From NCBI GenBank assembly GCA_046726415.1, contig JBKPAK010000141.1, positions 1-17,304 on the forward strand: 17,304 nt of DNA. Direction: 5' to 3'. The notes under the pieces were generated by a model, which was not told where the DNA came from, ran no database searches, and saw only the letters and a program-made list of their open reading frames with translations. The translations under genes were made by a program, and so were the position numbers. This document shows positions 1 through 8,266 of this stretch, piece after piece; position 1 is the first letter of the stretch; each line of letters starts with the position of its first letter. This DNA comes from Candidatus Methylomirabilota bacterium (GTDB lineage Bacteria; Methylomirabilota; Methylomirabilia; Rokubacteriales; CSP1-6).

Positions 1-113
1 GGGGCCGCCGAGGCGGACGAGCCCTTGCGGGAAATACCGGGAACGAGCGCGATGCGGCCGCCGGGCGCGAGTGATCACGCGGGGCGTCGCGATGATGTAG
101 CCTAGTGGGAACC

Positions 114-872
114 ATGTTTCCGTACCGCGACGAGAACGAGACTCAACGCACCCCGTACATCACGCTGGCGTTCATCGCGCTCAACGTCCTCATGTGGTTG
201 TTCGTGCAGGGAGCGGGCGCGTCGCTACCGCTAGCCAGGTCCGTGTGCAACCTCGGTCTCATTCCGGGAGAGTTGACGGGGACCGTGCCGCCGGGCACGC
301 GCTTCCCGATTGGCGATGGCCTCGTCTGTCTCACCGACCCCGGGCCGCAGGTTTCCCACCTCATCACCTCGATGTTCCTTCACGGCTCGTGGATGCACCT
401 GATCGGCAACATGTGGTTCCTCTGGCTGTTCGGCAACAACGTGGAAGACTCGATGGGACGGCTGCGGTTCGCGATCTTCTACCTGCTCTGCGGGCTGGCG
501 GCGGCCTTGGCGCAGGTGGCCACCAACCCCGCCTCCGCGATTCCCATGGTCGGGGCGTCCGGCGCGATCAGCGGCGTCATGGGCGGCTACCTCGTCCTCT
601 ACCCCCACGTGCGCGTGTTTTGCCTGGTGGTGCTGGGCTTCTTCGTCACCTCGGTGGCGCTGCCCGCGTGGGCGATGCTCATCTACTGGTTCCTCATCCA
701 GTTCGTCAGCGGCCTGGCCGCGTTCGGTGGCGACGTCGGCGGTGTCGCGTTCTGGGCGCACACCGGCGGCTTCGTGGCCGGTTTGATCCTGGTGAAGCTG
801 TTCACGCAGCCGGAGTACGTTGTCGCCCACCGCGCCCACCACTGGCGGCCCCGCCGTCTCATCCGGGGTTGA
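114..872 (+). CDS. Rhomboid family intramembrane serine protease
   Basis: ORF 105..872. ATG at 114 gives the typical MFPxRD start; GTG at 105 is an alternative. Motifs SMFLHGSWMHLIGNMWFLWLFGNNVED, catalytic GASGAISG and AFWAHTGGF; multiple TM segments. Confidence 0.95.
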   Translation: MFPYRDENETQRTPYITLAFIALNVLMWLFVQGAGASLPLARSVCNLGLIPGELTGTVPPGTRFPIGDGLVCLTDPGPQVSHLITSMFLHGSWMHLIGNMWFLWLFGNNVEDSMGRLRFAIFYLLCGLAAALAQVATNPASAIPMVGASGAISGVMGGYLVLYPHVRVFCLVVLGFFVTSVALPAWAMLIYWFLIQFVSGLAAFGGDVGGVAFWAHTGGFVAGLILVKLFTQPEYVVAHRAHHWRPRRLIRG

Positions 873-895
873 CATCGCACGTGTCGCCGATCTGC

Positions 896-944
896 GAGAG
901 GCCCCTCTCAGAGTTGATGGAGGTCGCGACCCTTCGATAAAGGG
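896..944. terminator. Two short hairpins between convergent rhomboid and hydantoinase B genes (possible terminators)
   Basis: GAGAG(896-900)-gccc-CTCTC(905-909) and CCCTT(930-934)-cgata-AAGGG(940-944). No clear U-tract, so weak. Confidence 0.3.
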
Positions 945-954
945 CTGTCCCTGG

Positions 955-2826
955 TCAATCCCGGGCTGCCCCCCTGAGCGCGTCCTGCTTGGTGGTCAGC
1001 GGGCCGAAGTAGCCGGCGCGGTGGAACATGCGCACGGGTCCGCGGTCCGCGGCGCGCCGCCGCCCGGTAGCGGCGCCATCGACCACGCCGATCTCATCGA
1101 TCACCACGCCGTAGTCCTCCCGCGCCGATTTCGTCGAGACGAAGCCTCCGACGACATCGCGGCGCACGCGCTCGAGCGGCCGGTCGAACGGATGGCCCCA
1201 GCCGCCCCCGCCACTCGTGTAGAGACGGAGGATATCCCCCCGGTGGAGGACGTTGCCATCAGACATGGAGGCCAGGTCCCGCTGGTCGGGACGCCCTGGG
1301 TTCACCATAGCCCGGCCCGGGCGTCCGGCGTGGCCGCCATTCACACCGGCGGGGGGGAAGAGCACGTTGTCCTGGCGCAGCGCGACCACCGCCTCGTCGG
1401 CCAGCAGTTCGACCTCGCGCACGACGCCCACGCCGCCGCGCCAGAGACCCGGCCCGCCGGAGTCCTGGTGGAGGGCATACTGTCTGAGGCGCATCGGGAA
1501 CACCATCTCGAGGAATTCGGCGGGGTAGTTCTTCTGAGCCACGTAATAGATGGCGTCGAGCCCGTCGGCGAACGGCCGCGCCCCGTAACCTACCGCCACC
1601 CCATCGCTGCACAGGAAGAACTCTCGCGTGGCCGGATCGACGCCGCGCAGGAAGTAGATGTTGTAGACGGAATTCGCCGCGGGGACGTCGCCCCCCGTGG
1701 CCAGCGCGAGCAGGGCGAGGACGTTGGACTGTACGCGCGCCAGCGTGTGGGCGCGGTTGCCCAGGGCGGCGGGCCAGTTCGGCTGCAGGATGCTACCGGG
1801 ACGCACCAGAACTTCGTCGATGGCTTCCTGGGCACCGTGGTTGAGCAGCTGCGTGGGGTGCCCCGAGAGCACATAGATGCCGACGATGAGCTTCGGCACG
1901 CTCTCATGCATGATGAAGTTGATGGGGCCGCGGGCTTGGTCGTCGCTGGCCCGCGTGTCGATGCTGATGCGGTCGCCACGCTTCTCCATTCGCATCCGCA
2001 CGTAGTACGGGCGACCCGTCATCCCGTCGCCGTCCACCGCGTCCTCGCTCTCGTAGGTGCCGTCGGGGATGCGTGCGCGCAAGGTCTTCCTGATCGTTTC
2101 GCCACCTTGCTCCGCGAAGAGCGCCCAGGTCTCCCGCACGGTAGCCGCCCCGAAGCGGGCGAACAGTTCCTGGATGCGGCGCTCGCCGAGCCGGCAACCC
2201 GCCAGCACCGCGCGGATGTCGCCGCGCAGGATATCGGGGAAGCGCGAGTTGCGGAGGAAGATGCGGAAGGCCTCGTCGTTGAGCCGTCCCTGGCGATAGA
2301 TGCGGATGGCGGGGACGATGATGCCCTCGTGGAAGATCTCGGTAGCGTCGGGCGAGATGCTGCCGGCGCGCAGGCCGCCGATGTCCCAGAAGTGCCCCCA
2401 CGTCTGGGAAAAGGCCACCAGCTCACCGTCGTGGAACACCGGGGCCGCGAACACCATGTCGGGGGAGTGCGACACGCCGCCCCGTGAGCCGTGACAGTCG
2501 TTGTACCAGTAGAGATCGCCTGGCCGCATGGTCGCCGGCGGGTACTGCTCGAAAATGACCCAGGTCAGGTTGCCGAAGAGGGGAATGGCCGTCCCGCACA
2601 CCACGTGCCCCTCGCGGTCGAGGATGCCAGCAAAGTAATCCTTTTTCTCGCGGATGAAGGGAGACATGGCGGTGCGCTCGATGGCCGCCTCCATCTCCGC
2701 CTGCGCCGCCCGCAGCGCCCCTTTGATGATCTCGCGGGTCACCGGATCGGGAAGAGCCAGCGGCCGCCGGCGAGCTCCACGGCGGCGCGATCCTCGCTGA
2801 CCTCGGGAGTCGGCCGGACGCCTCAC
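955..2826 (-). CDS. Hydantoinase B/oxoprolinase family protein (HyuB-like beta subunit)
   Basis: DPVTREII...RTAMSPFIREKKD, NDCHGSRGGVSHSPD, GHFWDIGG, EIFHEG, DSGGPGLWRGG, SGGGGWGHP motifs. Start inferred at GTG 2826, overlapping the subunit A stop (GTGA); 623 aa. The ORF track extends further upstream to 2991. Confidence 0.92.
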   Translation of the reverse strand: MRRPADSRGQRGSRRRGARRRPLALPDPVTREIIKGALRAAQAEMEAAIERTAMSPFIREKKDYFAGILDREGHVVCGTAIPLFGNLTWVIFEQYPPATMRPGDLYWYNDCHGSRGGVSHSPDMVFAAPVFHDGELVAFSQTWGHFWDIGGLRAGSISPDATEIFHEGIIVPAIRIYRQGRLNDEAFRIFLRNSRFPDILRGDIRAVLAGCRLGERRIQELFARFGAATVRETWALFAEQGGETIRKTLRARIPDGTYESEDAVDGDGMTGRPYYVRMRMEKRGDRISIDTRASDDQARGPINFIMHESVPKLIVGIYVLSGHPTQLLNHGAQEAIDEVLVRPGSILQPNWPAALGNRAHTLARVQSNVLALLALATGGDVPAANSVYNIYFLRGVDPATREFFLCSDGVAVGYGARPFADGLDAIYYVAQKNYPAEFLEMVFPMRLRQYALHQDSGGPGLWRGGVGVVREVELLADEAVVALRQDNVLFPPAGVNGGHAGRPGRAMVNPGRPDQRDLASMSDGNVLHRGDILRLYTSGGGGWGHPFDRPLERVRRDVVGGFVSTKSAREDYGVVIDEIGVVDGAATGRRRAADRGPVRMFHRAGYFGPLTTKQDALRGAARD

Positions 2827-4949
2827 CGCGCCCCTCGCAGTCTGACGACGAGGTTTCCGAAGTGGTCCACCGTCGCGCGCTGTCCCGGGAAAATCACCGT
2901 GGTGGCGTCGAGCTGCTCGATCACGCTGGGGCCCCGAAGCGTGGCACCCATCGGGAGGGCGTCGCGGTCGTACGTGGCGCAGTCCATCCAACCGCCGCCC
3001 TCCGCGAAATACACGCGCCGGCCTCCCGACCGCGCCCGGCCCGCCGGCCCGCGCGCCGGGGTGAGCCGCGGGAGCGTGAAGTGACGGAGTCCACCCGTCG
3101 CGCGCACGCGAAGGGTCACGATCTCCACCGGCGCGTCCTCCAGAGCGTAGGTGTAGAGCCGGCGGTGGCGGTCGTGGAAGCGCTGGAGGAGGCGGTCGAC
3201 CGAGAGATCGGGCTCGTCCCAGGGGACGGTGATCTCGAATCCCTGATGCCGGTAGCGCAGGTCGGCGAGCCGCCGAAGGCGCCGCTGGCGCGGGGAGACG
3301 CCTTCGGCAGTGAGCCAGGCGCGGGCCTGGTCTTCGAGGTCCGCGTAGACGGCTTCAATGGCTGCGCGATCGTGGTCGGGCGGCTTCTGGAGACTGGTGC
3401 GGGCGTAGTCGTTGCGCACGTCGGTAGCGAGGAGCCCCAGGGCCGAGAGGACGCCGGGATGACGCGGGACCACGATGGTGCGCATGCCCAGCAGGGCCGC
3501 GAGGGCACCGCCGTGCAGGGGTCCGGCGCCTCCAAAGGGCACGAGCGCGAAGTCGCGCGGGTCGTGGCCGCGCTCGACGGAGACCAGCCGGATGGCCCCC
3601 ACCATGTTGTTGTCGACGATCGCGAGAATTCCACTGGCCGCCGCCTCGAGCGACAGACCCAACGGACGGGCGATTTTGTCTTGAATCATCCGGCGCGCGG
3701 CCTCGACATCCAGGCGGATTTCGCCTCCCACAAGGGAGGACGGGACGCGGCCGAGCACGAGGTGAGCGTCGGTGACCGTTGGGTCCTCGCCGCCAGCGCC
3801 ATAGCAGGCCGGTCCCGGAACGGCACCCGCGCTCTGAGGACCCACGGTGATGGTGCCGTCCTCGGCGACGCGAGCCACCGAGCCGCCGCCGGCCCCGATG
3901 GTGTGCACGTCGATCATGGGGACGTGCAGCGGCCAGATGCCTACGTTCCCCTCCGAGGTTACTTCGGCCTCACCGTCGCGGATCAGGCACACGTCAGCGC
4001 TCGTCCCGCCGACGTCCACGGAGATCACGTTGCGGAAGCCGGAGGCCTCGCCGATCAGACGGGCTCCCACGACGCCCGCGGCCGGCCCCGACAGCGCGGT
4101 ATAGATCGCCTGGCGGCGCACCACGTCGGCGCCGATGACTCCGCCGTTGGACTTCATGATGCGCAACGGGGCGTGGATGCCCCGCGCCTGCAGATCCGTC
4201 TCCAGGCGCCCTACGTAGCCGCCCACGAGGGGCAACACGTAGGCATTGAGGACGGTGGCCATGGCGCGTTCGTACTCGCGAAAGACGGGGAGGACCTCGC
4301 TGGACAGCGCGACGGCGCACTCGGGCAACTCGGCTAGGACGATCTCTCGCGCGCGGCGTTCGTGCGCGCTCTCGGCGTAGCTGTGCAGGAAGCAGATGGC
4401 GGCCGCGGCCACCCCGCTCTCGCGAAGCCGCCGCGCCGCCTGGCGCACGGCCGCCTCGTCCACCGGCTCCAGCTCGGCGCCGGTCACCGCGAGGCGCTCC
4501 GGAATCTCGAAGATCAGCTCGGGTGGCACCGGCCGAGGCGGCTTCTGCCAGGCGAACATGTTGGCGTGTCGCGGAATATCGTGGCGCCCGATCTCGAGGA
4601 CGTAGCGGAATCCGGCCGTGGTCAAGAGGCCCGTGGCCACGCCCTTGCCTTCGAGCACGGCGTTGGTGGCGATGGTAGTGCCGTGAAGGATCTGAGCGAT
4701 GTCGGCGGGAGCGAAGGCGGCCAGGCTGAGGGCCTTGGTCATGCCCGCGAGAAAGCCCCGCGCCGGATCGGCCGGCGTCGTCGGGGTTTTGGCGATGACG
4801 AGCCGCCCGGTGCGAGCGTTGAGGAGGGTGATGTCGGTGAACGTCCCGCCGACATCGAGCGCGATGGCGTGCGGCAGGGCGACTCTGGGCCGAACGCCGA
4901 TGGCGTGCGGCAGGGCGGTCCCGGGCCTGCGGCGCGACCGCGGGCGCAC
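2823..4949 (-). CDS. Hydantoinase/oxoprolinase family protein (HyuA-like ATP-binding alpha subunit)
   Basis: DVGGTFTD, HGTTIATN, FREYER, SGPAAG, DVGGTS, IGAGGGS, GPQSAGAVPGPACY, FGGAGPLH motifs. Start inferred at GTG 4949, sharing the G of the upstream TAG (TAGTG); 708 aa. The start is uncertain. Confidence 0.92.
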   Translation of the reverse strand: MRPRSRRRPGTALPHAIGVRPRVALPHAIALDVGGTFTDITLLNARTGRLVIAKTPTTPADPARGFLAGMTKALSLAAFAPADIAQILHGTTIATNAVLEGKGVATGLLTTAGFRYVLEIGRHDIPRHANMFAWQKPPRPVPPELIFEIPERLAVTGAELEPVDEAAVRQAARRLRESGVAAAAICFLHSYAESAHERRAREIVLAELPECAVALSSEVLPVFREYERAMATVLNAYVLPLVGGYVGRLETDLQARGIHAPLRIMKSNGGVIGADVVRRQAIYTALSGPAAGVVGARLIGEASGFRNVISVDVGGTSADVCLIRDGEAEVTSEGNVGIWPLHVPMIDVHTIGAGGGSVARVAEDGTITVGPQSAGAVPGPACYGAGGEDPTVTDAHLVLGRVPSSLVGGEIRLDVEAARRMIQDKIARPLGLSLEAAASGILAIVDNNMVGAIRLVSVERGHDPRDFALVPFGGAGPLHGGALAALLGMRTIVVPRHPGVLSALGLLATDVRNDYARTSLQKPPDHDRAAIEAVYADLEDQARAWLTAEGVSPRQRRLRRLADLRYRHQGFEITVPWDEPDLSVDRLLQRFHDRHRRLYTYALEDAPVEIVTLRVRATGGLRHFTLPRLTPARGPAGRARSGGRRVYFAEGGGWMDCATYDRDALPMGATLRGPSVIEQLDATTVIFPGQRATVDHFGNLVVRLRGAR
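4857..4928 (-). repeat. 36-bp diverged tandem duplication (RPGTALPHAIGV / RPRVALPHAIAL)
   Basis: Identical 20-mer cgatggcgtgcggcagggcg at 4862-4881 and 4898-4917. The 36-bp units 4893-4928 and 4857-4892 match at 27/36 positions. Confidence 0.85.
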
Positions 4950-5677
4950 TACGCTTCGCGCAGATGTATGAGCCGGAAGGTCTCGGCGGCGGTGAGACCG
5001 CGCGCCTTTCCTTGGTCGCGAGCCCATTGCGTGACCATGTCGGTCGGGTCCCAGGTGCCCATCTGGCTGCGATGCTCCCTCAGCGCCGCCAGCTTGATGG
5101 GGAGCGTGTCCGAGATGTCGATGTACGTGTCGGGGCGGCGGACGCCGTGGATGAACACGCTCTGCACCTGGTGCGGCTCGAGCCCCTCGACGAGCAGCTC
5201 GGGGAAGATCAGACGGGTCTCCGCCGATGGATAGGTGGCGTCCAGGGCGGCGTCGGCCGCCGCGCGGTGGTCCGGATGATTGATGTAGCCGTTGCCGTAG
5301 AAGCGCATCGTGGGGTCGCCACACACGACGGCCTCCGGGCGATAGCGGCGGATGACGCGCGTGAGGTCCCGGCGCAAGGCGATGGAGGGTTCCAGGATGC
5401 CGTCCTCGTAACGCAGGAACACAACCTCGTGAATCCCCAAGACCTGGCACGCCTGGCGCTGCTCGTCCTCGCGGACGGACACCAGGGCGTCGCGTGTCAT
5501 ATCGAGAGGCGTAAATTCGTTGGAGCCGGCGCCCCCGCTGGTGATGCAGACGCTGACGACGATGCTGCCGGCGCCCGCCCACTTGGCCAAGGTCCCGGCG
5601 ACGGTGAACTCCTGGTCGTCGGGGTGGGCGTGGATGCTGACGACTCGCGCGGGGACGGGAGGCTCGGATGCGGCCAC
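4949..5677 (-). CDS. PIG-L/LmbE family metal-dependent deacetylase
   Basis: HAHPDD and NHPDH metal-binding motifs, R-EDEQRQA, KLAALREHRSQ, AETF C-terminus. Start inferred at GTG 5677 from the promoter position; the ORF track starts at ATG 5734. Confidence 0.9.
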   Translation of the reverse strand: MAASEPPVPARVVSIHAHPDDQEFTVAGTLAKWAGAGSIVVSVCITSGGAGSNEFTPLDMTRDALVSVREDEQRQACQVLGIHEVVFLRYEDGILEPSIALRRDLTRVIRRYRPEAVVCGDPTMRFYGNGYINHPDHRAAADAALDATYPSAETRLIFPELLVEGLEPHQVQSVFIHGVRRPDTYIDISDTLPIKLAALREHRSQMGTWDPTDMVTQWARDQGKARGLTAAETFRLIHLREA

Positions 5678-5684
5678 AGAATTG

Positions 5685-5713
5685 TTTGTACGATTCCCTG
5701 GCGCCGCAAGCAA
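5685..5713 (-). promoter_or_regulatory. Putative sigma70 promoter of the PIG-L/hydantoinase operon (leaderless)
   Basis: Minus strand reads TTGCTT(5713-5708)-17 nt-TACAAA(5690-5685)-7 nt-GTG(5677), an AT-rich patch in GC-rich DNA. Confidence 0.5.
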
Positions 5714-5784
5714 GTCAGCACCGGGGGGCGACATCGGGGCGTCGTTGCCGTCGGTGAGCCCGGCCGGGCCCCTGTTCCTGGCGG

Positions 5785-6255
5785 TCAGGGAGCGGCCCCC
5801 GCGTCGCGCCAGGTCCGCACGCGCGCGAAGACCACGCGCAGCCCCACCGGCGCCAGTAAGGTCGTCACCAGCACGACGAGAACGATGGCGGAGAAGAGAT
5901 CCCGCCCCAGGATCGGCGCCCCGTCGAGCGTCAAGCCCGCGCCGATACCTGCGAAGATCAGCCCGACCTCACCGCGGGCAAGCATGCCCAGTCTGGTCTT
6001 GCCCAGCTCTTCCATCCCCGGCACGAGGAACGCCAGGTTGCCCAGACCAATCCCGGCGACGAGCTCGCCCAGGACCGCGGGCTGGCCCGTCCGCTCCGCG
6101 AGGATTCCTCCCACCTTGGCGGCGAGGACCAGCATGGCCACGGCAAACAGCAGCGGGCCGAAATGCTGATGGCCGGCGCCCTCGGCGGACTCACCAACGC
6201 CAGGAAGGACGAGCGCCAGAGCGATGCCGAGCGCCAAACGCCGGAGTGAAGCCAT
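5785..6255 (-). pseudogene. Cation:proton antiporter (CPA2/Kef-NapA type) with large in-frame internal deletion
   Basis: 156-aa ORF. The N-terminal CPA2 segment (LAAKVGGILAERTGQPAVLGELVAGIGLG) is joined near 5992-5997 directly to the C-terminal segment (LGMLARGEVGLIFAGIG...FSAIVLVVLVTTLLAPVGLR). Family members are about 400 aa. Confidence 0.8.
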
Positions 6256-6319
6256 GGCTTGAGGCGACGCTGGGGCCCGAAAGGGACAGGGACGCCGGAC
6301 TCATGCTATTCGTAGTTCC

Positions 6320-7474
6320 GTGGCCGTGTCCAGCCCTACGGGCCGAGGCTGGGAGCTCAATCTCGACCGTCCTGCCCCCGACATGCTGCGGATCCGCTTC
6401 GCCGGGACGTGGCGACTCCAAGATCGACTCCCTCCACCAGACGAGGTCGAGCGCGCCCTTGCCGACAGTACCGGCCTGCGGCGAGTCGTGCTCGACGCCA
6501 GCGACGTGGTCGCCTGGGACACCGGGTTCGTCGCCTTCGCCATGAAAGTCCTCCAGCGCTGCGAGGCTCGTGGAATCGTGGTGGACCGCGAGGGCCTTCC
6601 CCCCGGCGGGGTCAATCGGCTCATCGCGCTCGCCACCGCCGTGCCCGAAACCAAGGCGGAGACGGACTCAAGTCCCCCCGGATGGCTGGCCCGGCTCGGC
6701 CTCACCTATCTCGTCGTCTGGGCGAGCGCCGTCGGTTTCGTGCGGTTCGTCGGCGAGGTGGTGCTAGCGTTGGTGCGCCTGTTTCGCGGCAAGGCGAACT
6801 TCCGCTGGGTGGATTTCTTCGCGGTCATCCAGGAGTGCGGCCCTCGCGCCTTGCCCATCGTGACCCTCATCAGCTTTCTGGTGGGTCTCATCCTGGCCTT
6901 CATGGGCGCGGTGCAGCTGCGCACCTTCGGCGCCCAGATTCTCGTAGCCGACCTCGTGGCCGTCGCGGTCACCCGCGAGATGGGATGTCTGATGACGGGA
7001 ATCATCATGGCTGGTCGTACCGGCGCGGCCTTTGCGGCCCAACTGGGCACCATGCGCGTCAACGAGGAGATCGACGCGCTCACCACCATGGGCATCCCGC
7101 CGATGGATTTTCTCGTCCTGCCGCGGATGCTGGCCCTCATCGCCATGATGCCGATTCTGACGGTCTATTCCGACGTCCTGGCCATCTTGGGTGGCGCCTT
7201 CGTCGGCGTGACGATGCTCGATCTCGAGTTCAGTCAATACCTGAATCGCACCTCCCACGCCTTGAATCCCCTGACGAACTTCTTTCTGGGTATCATCAAG
7301 GGCTCGGTGTTCGGCGTCCTGGTGGCGCTCTCGGGCTGCTTACGCGGTATGCAAAGCGGCCGCAGCGCCGCCGACGTGGGTCTGGCCACCACCTCGGCCG
7401 TGGTGACGGCCATCGTCCTGATCGTGGTGGCGGAGGGGATCTTCGCGGTGGTGCTCAATGCGCTCGGAATCTGA
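6320..7474 (+). CDS. mlaE: MlaE family lipid ABC transporter permease with N-terminal STAS-like domain
   Basis: LPIVTLISFLVGLILAF, REMGCLMTGIIMAGRTGAAFAAQLGTMRVNEEIDALTTMG, LVLPR, VGLATTSAVV. N-terminal VVLDASDVVAWDT is STAS-like. First gene of a 4-gene operon. Confidence 0.93.
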   Translation: MAVSSPTGRGWELNLDRPAPDMLRIRFAGTWRLQDRLPPPDEVERALADSTGLRRVVLDASDVVAWDTGFVAFAMKVLQRCEARGIVVDREGLPPGGVNRLIALATAVPETKAETDSSPPGWLARLGLTYLVVWASAVGFVRFVGEVVLALVRLFRGKANFRWVDFFAVIQECGPRALPIVTLISFLVGLILAFMGAVQLRTFGAQILVADLVAVAVTREMGCLMTGIIMAGRTGAAFAAQLGTMRVNEEIDALTTMGIPPMDFLVLPRMLALIAMMPILTVYSDVLAILGGAFVGVTMLDLEFSQYLNRTSHALNPLTNFFLGIIKGSVFGVLVALSGCLRGMQSGRSAADVGLATTSAVVTAIVLIVVAEGIFAVVLNALGI

Positions 7475-8246
7475 ATCGCCGAACTCGCCGGTCGCCATTG
7501 CCGTGCGGGACCTGGACGTGGGGTATGGCACCTTCGTCGTCCAGCACGACCTCGACTTCGAGGTCGAGCGCGGCAAGATCTTTATCGTCATGGGGGGCAG
7601 TGGCTGCGGAAAGAGCACGGTCCTTCGCGTGATGATCGGACTGATAGCGCCCCTCCGAGGCGACGTCTTCTTCGGCGGCGTCAGCCTGTGGCGGGCCGAC
7701 GACACCGACCGCGAGCGGCTCACTCGGCGCTTCGGTGTGCTCTATCAAAGCGGGGCGTTGTGGAGCTCCATGACGCTGTCCGAGAACGTGGGATTGCCGC
7801 TTGACGAGTTCACCGATCTGACCCCGGCCCAGGTCGACGAGGTGGCCGCGCTGAAGCTCGCCTTGGTGGGCCTGGCCGGCTTCGAGGAGTTCTATCCCTC
7901 GCAGATCAGCGGCGGCATGCAGAAGCGGGCGGGGCTGGCGCGGGCCATGGCGCTCGACCCCGATATCCTGTTCCTGGACGAACCGTCGGCGGGCCTGGAT
8001 CCCATCAGCTCGCGGCTGCTGGACGATCTGATTCTGGAGCTGCGAGACAGTCTGGGCTGCACGGTGGTGGTGGTGACCCACGAGCTGGCGAGCATCTTCG
8101 CCATCGGCGACGACGCGGTCTTCCTGGATGCCGAGACGCGCACCATGATCGCCCGCGGAAATCCCAGGCGCCTGCTGGCCGAATCGACCGATCCCAAGGT
8201 GCGCGCCTTCCTCACCCGCGGACAGCCGGCGGCCGCGGCGCGCTGA
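7458..8246 (+). CDS. mlaF: MlaF-type ABC transporter ATP-binding protein
   Basis: Walker A GGSGCGKS, Q-loop YQSGAL, signature ISGGMQKR, Walker B LFLDEP, AGLDP, H-loop VTHEL. Overlaps the mlaE end. Confidence 0.95.
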   Translation: MRSESESPNSPVAIAVRDLDVGYGTFVVQHDLDFEVERGKIFIVMGGSGCGKSTVLRVMIGLIAPLRGDVFFGGVSLWRADDTDRERLTRRFGVLYQSGALWSSMTLSENVGLPLDEFTDLTPAQVDEVAALKLALVGLAGFEEFYPSQISGGMQKRAGLARAMALDPDILFLDEPSAGLDPISSRLLDDLILELRDSLGCTVVVVTHELASIFAIGDDAVFLDAETRTMIARGNPRRLLAESTDPKVRAFLTRGQPAAAAR

Positions 8247-8266
8247 GGAGAGAGGACGGACGAGGG

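Noticed and set aside
1..105. Open frame 1..105 on + ending in a TAG that overlaps GTG 105; also a possible minus-strand start (GTG ATC ACT CGC, near 78) running off the window edge
   Set aside because: Too short and truncated to choose between them or assign a product.
2823..5582. Apparent 919-aa hydantoinase A with a long N-terminal extension
   Set aside because: The extension is an out-of-frame read through the PIG-L gene; the coupled GTG at 4949 is more plausible.
5758..5769. Perfect 12-bp palindrome GCCCGGCCGGGC upstream of the PIG-L gene
   Set aside because: All G/C, so likely by chance at this composition; no second copy or cognate regulator seen.
6301..6320. Leaderless promoter for mlaE (TGcTATTCG-7 nt-GTG)
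   Set aside because: It lacks the conserved final T of the -10 box and has no supporting -35; too weak to call.
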